Shown here: positions 22,228 through 32,454 of the stretch, piece after piece
Position numbering within the stretch: the first letter of the stretch is position 1
Layout: each line of letters opens with the position of its first letter
Assembly (NCBI GenBank): GCA_963749915.1
Contig: CAVVOP010000005.1
Location: forward strand, 416,001 to 480,000
From: an uncultured cyanobacterium
GTDB taxonomy: Bacteria; Cyanobacteriota; Cyanobacteriia; Cyanobacteriales; Cyanobacteriaceae
Reading direction: 5' to 3'
Length of the DNA stretch: 64,000 nt
The notes under the pieces: generated by a model
Told to the model about the DNA's origin: nothing
Databases searched by the model: none
What the model saw: only the letters and a program-made list of their open reading frames with translations
Made by a program: the position numbers and the translations under genes

Positions 22228-22668
22228 ATGTTTCGTCGCCTATTAGCTATTATTACCATCTCAATCTCCTTTTTTCTCTTAACCACCATCTTAACCCCTT
22301 CAGCCGAAGCACTTACGCAGATAAAAATTACAGATATATCTTACAAAGAATGTCCTGCGGGGGTTGGGGAAGGAAGTGTCACCAGTGGAGGTAGTGCCTT
22401 ACCAGCAACTTGTTTTTTAATTACTGGTAAAACCAACAACACATCTGGCAAAACCTTATATGATGCCGACGTGTTTGGAAGGGTTTATGATGCCAATAAT
22501 GAACCGGTTTTACAAAATCGTAGCAGATTAGGGGCATTGGAGGAAGTACCACCGGGAGTGAGCGAGTTTGAATTGAGAATCAGTGTACCATCTAATCAAG
22601 CCACTCCCCTACAATTAAAACAGTTTAAAGCCACAGGTTTTTCTAGTAAAGTTTATCCAACTTTCTAA
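22228..22668 (+). CDS. Conserved exported hypothetical protein
   Basis: Signal peptide ending AEA; Cys pair; DADVFGRVYDAN. Confidence 0.75.
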   Translation: MFRRLLAIITISISFFLLTTILTPSAEALTQIKITDISYKECPAGVGEGSVTSGGSALPATCFLITGKTNNTSGKTLYDADVFGRVYDANNEPVLQNRSRLGALEEVPPGVSEFELRISVPSNQATPLQLKQFKATGFSSKVYPTF

Positions 22669-22940
22669 ATTACCCCAACGATGGAAATTAATAATTGGGG
22701 GATTAGCTGTAAAACAATGATAGCTAGAATTGCGGAAAAATCGATGCCCCCTAAAGGTGGTATGATTGAACGAAAAATATTAAGATAAGGATCTGTTATT
22801 GGTGCCAAAAATGAGATAACATTACCTGCCCATTCAGCAGTTTGAAACCAACTTAAAAGGATTCTAACAAATATAAGTATTAAATATAACTGGATAAAAT
22901 TAGTCACGGTACTGATAACTAAATAGGTGATATCATTCAT
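22665..22940 (-). CDS. YggT/Ycf19 membrane protein
   Basis: RILLSWF and TDPYLNIFRSIIPPLGGIDFS motifs. Confidence 0.92.
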   Translation of the reverse strand: MNDITYLVISTVTNFIQLYLILIFVRILLSWFQTAEWAGNVISFLAPITDPYLNIFRSIIPPLGGIDFSAILAIIVLQLIPQLLISIVGVI

Positions 22941-23011
22941 CGAATCAAGATTACTCCATTTTTCATAGTAATTTTATTCCTTTTATCTTAACTGAATTTG
23001 TCTGATTTAAG

Positions 23012-23668
23012 CTAACTTTTGCGGTTTAACCAAAAACTCCGCATTCCCACGGATTTGGCACCCCAATAATCCTCTTCGACACTATCCCCCATATACCAAG
23101 CGTTTTCTCCTTGACAGTTGTGCTTTGCTAAGGCCGTTAAGAAGATTTTCGGGTTAGGTTTTGCGACTCCCGTGAGGGAAGAAATAGTAATTGTTTGAAA
23201 ATATTGTCTTAAATTTAAGTTATCTAAAACCTCGTAAATCCGAGTATCAAAATTGGAGATGATACCTAATTCTATGCTTTGTTTTTGCCATCGATTTAAA
23301 CTAGGTATCACGTCATCATAAATAACCCAAGGTTGGCTAGTTTTAAAGTAGTTATAAAGTTCAAGAAAAAAGCCTTCAAAATCAGTAAATTCTTCTACGG
23401 CGTTATCCTGATTAAAGGTATTATAAGTAAGGGTTTGCCACCATTTAAACTCTAATTCTTTGATTTGTTCCTCATTTTCTTTGTCAAAAGCAAGAGGAGG
23501 AGACATTTTAAAGGCTTGATAGAAACAGCTATTAATGACTTTCCGGTCTCGATTAACTCCATATTTTTTCGCCAGTTGAGTATAAACATCTCCAACGCTA
23601 TTTTTTACTCCAAAAATTGTGCCAACGGCATCTAAAAAAATAACTTGAGGTTGATTATTGATCTTCAT
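23012..23668 (-). CDS. HAD-IA hydrolase
   Basis: FLDAVGT, ISNFD, KP and MGDS...D motifs. Confidence 0.9.
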   Translation of the reverse strand: MKINNQPQVIFLDAVGTIFGVKNSVGDVYTQLAKKYGVNRDRKVINSCFYQAFKMSPPLAFDKENEEQIKELEFKWWQTLTYNTFNQDNAVEEFTDFEGFFLELYNYFKTSQPWVIYDDVIPSLNRWQKQSIELGIISNFDTRIYEVLDNLNLRQYFQTITISSLTGVAKPNPKIFLTALAKHNCQGENAWYMGDSVEEDYWGAKSVGMRSFWLNRKS

Positions 23669-23785
23669 TAATTTTTTTTGTTAATTAATTCTATTATCAC
23701 TATTTTCATTTCAGGAGAAGTAATTCGAGTTAAAGTGATTAATCTTTACTTTGGCAATTTTAAATATAAAAAGCCCATTCTGAAT

Positions 23786-24337
23786 TTACAATAGCAGAAA
23801 AGGGCGTGCCAGAAAATAGCTAGAGATGGTTTTGGCGTCAATTTCATGGCTAGTTAGGGCTAATTTTTCAAACTCATTAGGAGTCATTAACACTACCTCA
23901 ATATCTTCATCATCATCATGGGGTGGGGGTTTGGGTAGTTTTTCTAATTCTTGGGCGAGAAAAGCATAGATAAATTCATCAGAATATCCGGGAGCGAGGG
24001 GAAATTTCCCTAAATTGTGCCATTTTTTAGCAGTATAGCCCGTTTCTTCCTCTATTTCTCGTTTGACGGTGATTTCTGGATTCTCTCCTTTTTCCACTGT
24101 ACCGGCAGGAAACTCCAACAATCGACTTTTGAGGGCAAAGCGATATTGACGTACCAAAAGTAATTTCCCTTCATTAGTGACAGGCACTGCCAACGCACCC
24201 CCGGGATGACGGATACATTCCCATTCTCCCTCTGCACCATTAGGTAATCTTAGCTTATTTACTTCAAATTGAAACTTTTTACCTTGAAAAAATAAACGGG
24301 GGTTTAAAATTTCTGGGAACTCTTGTTTTTCTGACAT
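23786..24337 (-). CDS. NUDIX hydrolase (ADP-ribose pyrophosphatase-like)
   Basis: EFPAG..E.GE......REIEEETGY Nudix box. ATG 24337 preferred over the track start. Confidence 0.92.
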   Translation of the reverse strand: MSEKQEFPEILNPRLFFQGKKFQFEVNKLRLPNGAEGEWECIRHPGGALAVPVTNEGKLLLVRQYRFALKSRLLEFPAGTVEKGENPEITVKREIEEETGYTAKKWHNLGKFPLAPGYSDEFIYAFLAQELEKLPKPPPHDDDEDIEVVLMTPNEFEKLALTSHEIDAKTISSYFLARPFLLL

Positions 24338-24515
24338 TATTTCATTATTTAACTGACAATGTAGATATTTTTTCATTCTTATTATAAACAAAGGGGGGAG
24401 AGGGGATACTGACAAGGGTAGGTTTTTTACATTTGGGTGAAGACTTGCGGGGACAAGGGTGGAAAGTGGACAAGGAAGAGGGGATAAAGGCTTTTAATAT
24501 GTCATAAAAATTTCA

Positions 24516-25760
24516 TTAATTACGATTTGCCGTAACAATATTAACAGGATTAAGAGGATTAAAACGGGTATTTTTGCCAATAGCTAAAGATTTATATATT
24601 TGTAAATTAAGAATCTCATAATGCCAGCAATTTTCTTTAAACCATTGTAAGGCCTGGTTTAAATTTTCGATGGTAGCTAAAGCAATAACTATTTTTCCTT
24701 CGGAATTAATTTTAGTTTTGATAATATCTAATAAAGAGATTAAACTGCCGCCACTTCCGCCGATAAAAATACGATGAGGGTTAGGTAAATTTTGAATAAC
24801 GTTTTCTGCTGAGTTATGAATTATTTTGACATTATTTACTTGGAATTTACGGCAATTGTCTGTGATTAAATTTATTCCCACAGCTGTTTTTTCGATGGCA
24901 TAAATTTGACTACTATTTACCAATCTGGCTATCTCTATAGAAACACTACCAGTACCCGCTCCAATATCCCAAATTATCTGTTTCGGTTGTAAAACTAGTG
25001 CCCCTAATATCATTAATCTTACTTCTTTTTTTGTCATTAATCCTGGTTGATCAGGAAAAGTTTTAAAGAGATTATCCGGTAATCCCATGATAGGCAATTT
25101 ATCCAAGTCTAAAAATTCTTGATCATCGTCATTTTTTTTAATTAAGATAACTATATTTAAGAGAGATATTGATTCTAGGTTTATATCTTCTTCTTCTTTT
25201 ATGGGAGTTATTTTTTCTTTTTGACTGCCCAAATTTTCACATAGCCAAAAATAATATTTCACTCTCATTTTTAGCTGACGATAAACTTGCCAAATAATTA
25301 AAGGGTTGTTAGTGTTATCCGTTAAGATAGCAATTTTTTCATAACCTTTTTTTAATCCTTGAATTAACGGGTCAATATCCCTACCATGAATACTAATAAA
25401 TTGGGAATCCTGCCAGGGTATTTTTAACCGATTAAACCCTAGTTGAATACAAGCATAATGGGGGTAAAATTCTAATTCTTCAGGCAAAAAATTACTAACT
25501 AAAATTCTACCAATACCAAAAAATAAAGGATCTCCTGTGGCTAATATGACTATGTTTTCTCCTCTTTTTTGATATTCTTTGATATCGGTAATTATTGTTT
25601 CTAAGTTATTAATTTTTAGTTTAATTGCTGAATGGTTACTGAAATATTTTAAATGGCGATCGCCACCGACCAAAACTGTGGCTTGATTGACGATTTTTAA
25701 GACAGAATTAGTTAAACTATTCGCCCCTTCTAAACCAATCCCAACAATTTTAATGACCAT
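24516..25760 (-). CDS. cobL: Bifunctional precorrin-6Y methyltransferase/decarboxylase CbiE-CbiT (CobL)
   Basis: IVGIG, ATGDPLFFGIG, MTKKEVR, WDIGAGTGSVSIE and FIGGSGG motifs. Confidence 0.93.
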   Translation of the reverse strand: MVIKIVGIGLEGANSLTNSVLKIVNQATVLVGGDRHLKYFSNHSAIKLKINNLETIITDIKEYQKRGENIVILATGDPLFFGIGRILVSNFLPEELEFYPHYACIQLGFNRLKIPWQDSQFISIHGRDIDPLIQGLKKGYEKIAILTDNTNNPLIIWQVYRQLKMRVKYYFWLCENLGSQKEKITPIKEEEDINLESISLLNIVILIKKNDDDQEFLDLDKLPIMGLPDNLFKTFPDQPGLMTKKEVRLMILGALVLQPKQIIWDIGAGTGSVSIEIARLVNSSQIYAIEKTAVGINLITDNCRKFQVNNVKIIHNSAENVIQNLPNPHRIFIGGSGGSLISLLDIIKTKINSEGKIVIALATIENLNQALQWFKENCWHYEILNLQIYKSLAIGKNTRFNPLNPVNIVTANRN

Positions 25761-25874
25761 AAATATAATTAATAGTTGATAGTTTACAATTCTTATTTAT
25801 GCCGTCATTGATTGAGAATAAAAATTAATCTTTTATTATTCATTGTTTATCACCCATGGTTGATTATTTATGTT

Positions 25875-27380
25875 TTATTGCCAATATAAATCAACATAAT
25901 TAATTTTAGCATAAGGCTCTAGTGATTGTAAAATGTTAATACCATAACTACGATAATTAACCCGATTATCTAATAATGCCATAACCCCTCGATTTTTTCT
26001 AATAGATATGGTAGCCTGTTGTAAAATTTTAATGGCAGAAGGTAAAAGATAAAGACGAAACCAGTCTTTTTTCTGATTTTTATAGTGGGTAACTTGAGCA
26101 GAAATAAGAGGATTTTCTAAGGAGGGGATAGGTAAAGTCGCAAAAATTAATAATATAGGTGTTAATAATTGGGATTGATAATTTAACCAGAATTTAGTAT
26201 CACAAACGAGGATACTATTTTTGCCGATCCCTAAGGAATTTAATTGTACTCTTGAACCAAAATAAGCCGCTAAATTAGAGGCAATTTGTCCTTGTAATGG
26301 CACATCATCAATAATAACAATGATGGGACGATGATTAATTTTTATACTACTAACCAAGGATAAAATTTCTTGGGTAACTCGACTTTGAAACTGAGGATTA
26401 TTTGGGAAAGGAAAATTATGAGGAAAGTATAAGTTAAGATGTTGATTTTGCTGATCAGGAGAAAACTTTAAGCAAGTAAAATTATCTAAATTTAAGCCCA
26501 AGTATTCACTATAATCAATAGGATATTTTTGTGGCTCTAAATAATTGGATAATAAAATTAAAGGTTTATTTTGCCAAATTTGATTAATTAAAGATTTTAA
26601 CTCTAAAGGTGATGATTTAATCGTAAAAGAACCTTGTTCTCGATTGATGTTAAAATAGTTGACGTATTTATTCTTTTCTGATAAGGCCAGTTGCAAATTA
26701 ATAAATTTTTCTAAAACTTCTTTTTTTTCTGTTTCTATTTTGACTAAATTACATATCTGCTCAATAACAGTTATTTCCTCTTCTTCTAATAAATAGCTAT
26801 TATAAGGATTAGGGGGATGACTATAAATTAATTTGGTTAATTTGGCCAATTTTTCTCGAATAAAATTTTGATGTTGAGAAAGAGATGACTGTAAATTATA
26901 CCAGTCTTGAAAAGTTATTTCTTGAGTCAAATACTCAGTGATAATATCGGGTAAATTTTCCGCTTCCTCAATAATAGTAACAATATCCTTATCTAATAAG
27001 TTATTAATCACTAAGTCTAACCAATGATGATAAGTAATTACATATAAAGCCGATTTTTCGACTAAATTTTGCCGATAGTCAGTAATAACAAATTTTTTCG
27101 TATTTAACCACTGTTGTAAACTGGGTATTTTTTCGGCAACTAATCTTTGTTGAATTTCCTTTTCTGCCACGATAATAACCGAAGAAGAAGACAACAAGGC
27201 CGGAATTACGTAACTGGAATAATACTGTTGATAACTTAGCCCAGTTTGAATAATAGTTGGTCGTCCTAATCTTAACCCACGAGCGACCATTCTCGCCATG
27301 GTTAAATGATGTAACCAACAAGACTGAGATTTCTCATGTAAAAAATTTCTCAACTCTGAATGTACTTCTACTTCTAACAT
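25875..27380 (-). CDS. DinG-like helicase C-terminal domain protein (degenerate)
   Basis: MLEVEVH..LR.FL, HHLTMARMVARGLRL, TLPIPSLENP and ALLDNRV; no Walker A or DEAH. Confidence 0.75.
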   Translation of the reverse strand: MLEVEVHSELRNFLHEKSQSCWLHHLTMARMVARGLRLGRPTIIQTGLSYQQYYSSYVIPALLSSSSVIIVAEKEIQQRLVAEKIPSLQQWLNTKKFVITDYRQNLVEKSALYVITYHHWLDLVINNLLDKDIVTIIEEAENLPDIITEYLTQEITFQDWYNLQSSLSQHQNFIREKLAKLTKLIYSHPPNPYNSYLLEEEEITVIEQICNLVKIETEKKEVLEKFINLQLALSEKNKYVNYFNINREQGSFTIKSSPLELKSLINQIWQNKPLILLSNYLEPQKYPIDYSEYLGLNLDNFTCLKFSPDQQNQHLNLYFPHNFPFPNNPQFQSRVTQEILSLVSSIKINHRPIIVIIDDVPLQGQIASNLAAYFGSRVQLNSLGIGKNSILVCDTKFWLNYQSQLLTPILLIFATLPIPSLENPLISAQVTHYKNQKKDWFRLYLLPSAIKILQQATISIRKNRGVMALLDNRVNYRSYGINILQSLEPYAKINYVDLYWQ

Positions 27381-27510
27381 TAATAATCTACTATTTGCTT
27401 ACAAGGGGGGTAACTTTTCGCCAATTTTCAAATTTTACCTTTGATCACTCAATGTTGTGAGAAGATAAGTAAAGTTATAGTTTAATAAAAAATCATAGGA
27501 AATATTATCA

Positions 27511-27846
27511 ATGGCTCAAATTGAATTTGCTAGAGGCATAGTAGAAGAATCTATCCCCGATGTTAAATTAACTCGTTCCCGTGACGGTAGCAACGGTACC
27601 GCAACATTTCGTTTTGAAAGTTCTAAAGTACTAGAAGGCGGTAATACTCAAGAAATTACCGGAATGTACCTAACAGATGAAGAAGGAGAATTGGTCACTC
27701 GTGAGGTAAAGTGCAAATTTATTAACGGTGAACCTAAAGCTATAGAAGCAATTTACTTGATGAAATCTCCTCAAGAATGGGACAGATTTATGCGTTTTAT
27801 GGAACGTTATGCACAAGAACACGGTTTAGATTTTACTAAATCTTAA
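27511..27846 (+). CDS. psb28: Photosystem II assembly protein Psb28
   Basis: [21 protein letters not shown] and [13 protein letters not shown] motifs. Confidence 0.97.
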   Translation: MAQIEFARGIVEESIPDVKLTRSRDGSNGTATFRFESSKVLEGGNTQEITGMYLTDEEGELVTREVKCKFINGEPKAIEAIYLMKSPQEWDRFMRFMERYAQEHGLDFTKS

Positions 27847-27871
27847 TATCAACTTAGTTATAGGCAATTAA

Positions 27872-28013
27872 TATAGCAATCAGTTTTGATTTGTGAGATT
27901 TTGGTGAGACTAGGAGTCAGGAGTCAGAATTATTCTACTGAATACTGGATTCTGGATTCTGAATCCTTTTAAAACAATTATTTGATTCTCACGAATGATT
28001 CCTGATTGCTATA
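27872..28013. mobile_element. MITE-like element of 142 bp with 27-bp terminal inverted repeats
   Basis: Left TATAGCAATCAGTTTTGATTTGTGAGA versus right reverse complement TATAGCAATCAGGAATCATTCGTGAGA (22/27 identical); opposed heptamer repeats inside. Confidence 0.75.
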
Positions 28014-28097
28014 GTTAGCAATTAACAATTAATATTATCATAAATTATTCATGAAAAAAAAGGTAATTTTGTAAAAAATTCTCAATTCTAAATTCTA

Positions 28098-28601
28098 ATG
28101 TCTATTCCTCATCAATATTCAAGGATAAATAGCGTTAATTGTGCCGTTATTACCGTTAGTGATACTCGCCTTGAAGAAACGGATATTAGCGGCAAAATTG
28201 CTCAGGAAATATTAATTAATGCCGGTCATAAAATCCTTCATTATCAAATTATTAAAGATGAACCAGAACATATAAAATCTTTATTGGTAAATTTAACATC
28301 TAATGAACAATTAAACTGCATTATTTTTTCTGGTGGCACAGGTATATCTTTAAGGGATAATACTTATGATATAGTAAGCAAAATGTTAGAAAAAACATTA
28401 TCAGGTTTTGGGGAAATATTCCGTTTTTTAAGTTATCAAGAAATTGGCTCAAGGGCTATTGCATCGAGAGCTACAGCGGGGTTGCACCGGGGGAAAATAG
28501 TCTTTTCTTTACCTGGATCTCAAAATGGTGTTAAACTGGGTTTAGAAAAGCTAATTGTACCCGAATTAACTCATTTAGTTGATCAAATTAATCAAGGTTA
28601 G
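28098..28601 (+). CDS. moaB: Molybdenum cofactor biosynthesis protein, MoaB/MogA family
   Basis: ITVSD, SGGTG...RD.T, GFGEIFR, SRATAG and SLPGS motifs. Confidence 0.9.
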   Translation: MSIPHQYSRINSVNCAVITVSDTRLEETDISGKIAQEILINAGHKILHYQIIKDEPEHIKSLLVNLTSNEQLNCIIFSGGTGISLRDNTYDIVSKMLEKTLSGFGEIFRFLSYQEIGSRAIASRATAGLHRGKIVFSLPGSQNGVKLGLEKLIVPELTHLVDQINQG

Positions 28602-28607
28602 TTTTAT

Positions 28608-29141
28608 ATGTCCAACAATCATAATGATGATTTAGAATCTTTAAAAATTAATCAAAAAAAACTTGTCAATTTTCAAGAATGGTGTGCTAAAAATGAGATT
28701 AACTATCTAGCTATCATTGAAAACTTTATCGATTCCTGTTTAGCAAATAATCAAGTAATTATTGAAGGCGTAATCAATAAAAAAGGAAAAGTTAATTTTG
28801 AGGAAAAAATTAATTCAATCGTCAGTGATTCTTTACAACCTCTCGTGGCTAGAATTGAGAAATTAGAGTCACAATTAAAGGAAAAAAATAATTATTGTCC
28901 AGGCGAAAATGAACTTAATCATCAACCATTATTATCTGATTCACCCGAAGAAAATATTGATAAAAGAGTTTATTTACCCCGTCAAGAAGTATGGCAAAGA
29001 CTAAAACAAACTGATTATATTAAATATTCTGGTTATGATAGTTTTTTGAAGGCTAAAGGTGATCAACTCGTGGAATATGGTATCTTTTTTGATGAAAATA
29101 AAAAACGCTTTTATATAATAGACATCTCCAAAAATTTATAA
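28608..29141 (+). CDS. Hypothetical protein with possible N-terminal ribbon-helix-helix and coiled coil
   Basis: Starts 6 bp after moaB; beta-helix-helix-like N-terminus; LVARIEKLESQLK coiled coil. Confidence 0.6.
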   Translation: MSNNHNDDLESLKINQKKLVNFQEWCAKNEINYLAIIENFIDSCLANNQVIIEGVINKKGKVNFEEKINSIVSDSLQPLVARIEKLESQLKEKNNYCPGENELNHQPLLSDSPEENIDKRVYLPRQEVWQRLKQTDYIKYSGYDSFLKAKGDQLVEYGIFFDENKKRFYIIDISKNL

Positions 29142-29298
29142 CAAAGTTATAACCACACTTTTAACCCCTTATTTTTCTACTCAAGGCGATCGCCAATCTA
29201 TAAATTATGCTGACTCAATTTCGTGAAAGCTTTACACAGAAGTAATTTTAGGCTATTAATTGAGAACACAATCTTCACAATGAGCGAACGGTGAGACA

Positions 29299-30285
<987 letters not shown>

Positions 30286-30378
30286 TTATTTTATATGATT
30301 AAATTTGACAATATCTTTATCATTGCATATAAGGCTAAATTTAATTTCTAAGTTTTTTTAAGATAATACAAAAAAAAT

Positions 30379-31218
30379 CTATAAAATATACTTGGCGATG
30401 GCCTCTGCCACTCCGTCATTTTCCACATCCCCAGTAACTACGGAGGTAATGGCTTTAATTTCTTCGGGTGCGTCATTCATAGCTACACTAAAACCAGCGT
30501 ATTTTAACATGGCATAATCATTAAAATTATCGCCGATGGTCATAATTTCTTCGGCGGTGAATCCCAGTATTTTCTCGACTAAATATTGAACAGCTGTACC
30601 TTTGTTGACCCCTGCTTGAGTCGCTTCCAAATAAATGGGATTAGATTGAGTTAAGTATAATTCATGATCTTGATAACGATTTTTTAAGTCATTTAACATT
30701 TGCGAAATTAAATCAGCATCAGGGCTTGAAGCGAGTATTTTCGTGGGATTTTCCTGTAAAAGAGTAGTCAAATCACCAACAATATTAACATCAATGCCTG
30801 ATCTTTCCACATAAAAATCTGTTTTTTTCGTAAATTTTTCTACGTACAATTGATCATTAAAATAAAGATGAATTTCAATATTACCATTGTTATTTTGTTG
30901 AGCTTTTAAATAAGTAAATAATTCTTGAGCTTTTTCTTTATTTACAGGATTATGCAATAATAATTCTGAGTTTTTGGGGTCTTGGATCCATGCCCCATTA
31001 TAACCAATTATTGGTAAATCTGCCCCGATATCATGGTGAAATCTCAGGGCTGAACAATACATCCTACCCGTAGCTAAACCTACTTTTATGCCTCTATTTT
31101 GTGCATCTTTTATAGCCTTTTTTACCCTATCAGTAACTTGATTAGATTGCCCTGAAATTGTACCGTCAATATCTAAAATTAATACTTTAATGTTGTTCAT
31201 AATCATATTCTCAGCCAA
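30379..31218 (-). CDS. Cof-type HAD-IIB hydrolase
   Basis: DIDGT, ATGR, NGA, KG, GDNFND and DGVA motifs. Confidence 0.92.
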   Translation of the reverse strand: MAENMIMNNIKVLILDIDGTISGQSNQVTDRVKKAIKDAQNRGIKVGLATGRMYCSALRFHHDIGADLPIIGYNGAWIQDPKNSELLLHNPVNKEKAQELFTYLKAQQNNNGNIEIHLYFNDQLYVEKFTKKTDFYVERSGIDVNIVGDLTTLLQENPTKILASSPDADLISQMLNDLKNRYQDHELYLTQSNPIYLEATQAGVNKGTAVQYLVEKILGFTAEEIMTIGDNFNDYAMLKYAGFSVAMNDAPEEIKAITSVVTGDVENDGVAEAIAKYIL

Positions 31219-31273
31219 GGTTAATGATTTTCTTGCATTATGACTGACATTGTAAAATAAAACAAATCAAGCA

Positions 31274-32320
31274 TTAAACTTTCCTTTTATTAGTGCGATT
31301 AAGTTGGTAAAAACGGGCAAATTGCGGTAAATCTTCTTGATGCCCTAGCACAATCAAAACATCTCCTGAATTTAGTAATAAAGACGGATTAGGATGAGTT
31401 ATTAATGGTTCATTACCTCGCCTTAAAGCCACGACGATAAATGCCCCCTTCCCCCTGATTTCTAGCTCTCTGACAGTTCTACCCACCAAGCGAGAAGTGG
31501 CCCCCACCACTAACTCCTCCATTTGGACGTTAATCTGCATTAATAAATCATTTAAGTAACTTTGTTCTTCTTTTTGGGCCAAAAAATCTACCATGCTGGG
31601 AGAAGTGATTAAATTTGCCATGCGTAAACCGCTAACACTGGCAGGTGAAACCACATGATTCGCCCCGGCTAACCTCAATTTTTTTTCTGTGGTAGGAAGT
31701 TCCCCTCTAGCGAGAATAATCAAGTCTGGGTTTAATTCCCTAGCGGTAAGGGTGATAAAAACATTAGTGGCATCATTGGGTAAAACCGTTGCTAATACCT
31801 TCGCCTTTTCAATGCCAACGCTAACAAGCACATTTTCGTCCGTAGCATCTCCTTCTTGTACTAAATAAGCACGATTTTTAGCAGTAATCAGATTTTCCGC
31901 ATCGTTATCGATAATCACGAAATATTCTGGGGTTTCATTTAATTGTTGAGCTAAAACTTGCCCAATGTGCCCAAAACCGCAGATAATAATGTGATTTTCG
32001 AGGTTCGCTAGGGTTTTTTTCTGCCTATCAGCTTCAAATGCCCGATTAATTTCTCCTTCTGTGACCATTTGAATAAAACCTCCTATGCCATAAACTGCCG
32101 ATGATGTCCCTGCAACAATTACTAACATTGTAAAAACTTTTTGGGCGGGGGTTTCTAAGGGTTTTACTTCTCCATAACCTACCCCAAAAATAGTTATCAC
32201 TACCATATAAATCGATTCAAGCAATGACCAACCAAAGGAAACATAACCAAAAACAGCGGTCATGATGGTTATAACAAAAAAAATTGACCCGACAATAACT
32301 TTTTTAAAAGAACCTTGCAT
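31274..32320 (-). CDS. Two-TM potassium channel with RCK (TrkA-N/C) domains
   Basis: Pore TIFGVGYGE; HIIICGFGHIG; GDATD. Confidence 0.92.
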   Translation of the reverse strand: MQGSFKKVIVGSIFFVITIMTAVFGYVSFGWSLLESIYMVVITIFGVGYGEVKPLETPAQKVFTMLVIVAGTSSAVYGIGGFIQMVTEGEINRAFEADRQKKTLANLENHIIICGFGHIGQVLAQQLNETPEYFVIIDNDAENLITAKNRAYLVQEGDATDENVLVSVGIEKAKVLATVLPNDATNVFITLTARELNPDLIILARGELPTTEKKLRLAGANHVVSPASVSGLRMANLITSPSMVDFLAQKEEQSYLNDLLMQINVQMEELVVGATSRLVGRTVRELEIRGKGAFIVVALRRGNEPLITHPNPSLLLNSGDVLIVLGHQEDLPQFARFYQLNRTNKRKV

Positions 32321-32454
32321 TGATTAATTTAGCTTATTGTTTTCAGCACTTAAATTTCTTTCTTAATCTGAAAAGGACGGTAAAATTGTTCTCGATGGAC
32401 TTTTAAAAAATCCTCTAGTTATTAAAGTGGACTATTATTCAAAAAAAAGTAACT

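Noticed and set aside
32380..32394. NtcA site upstream of glnN
   Set aside because: The best candidate, GTA-N8-CTC, lacks the TAC half-site.
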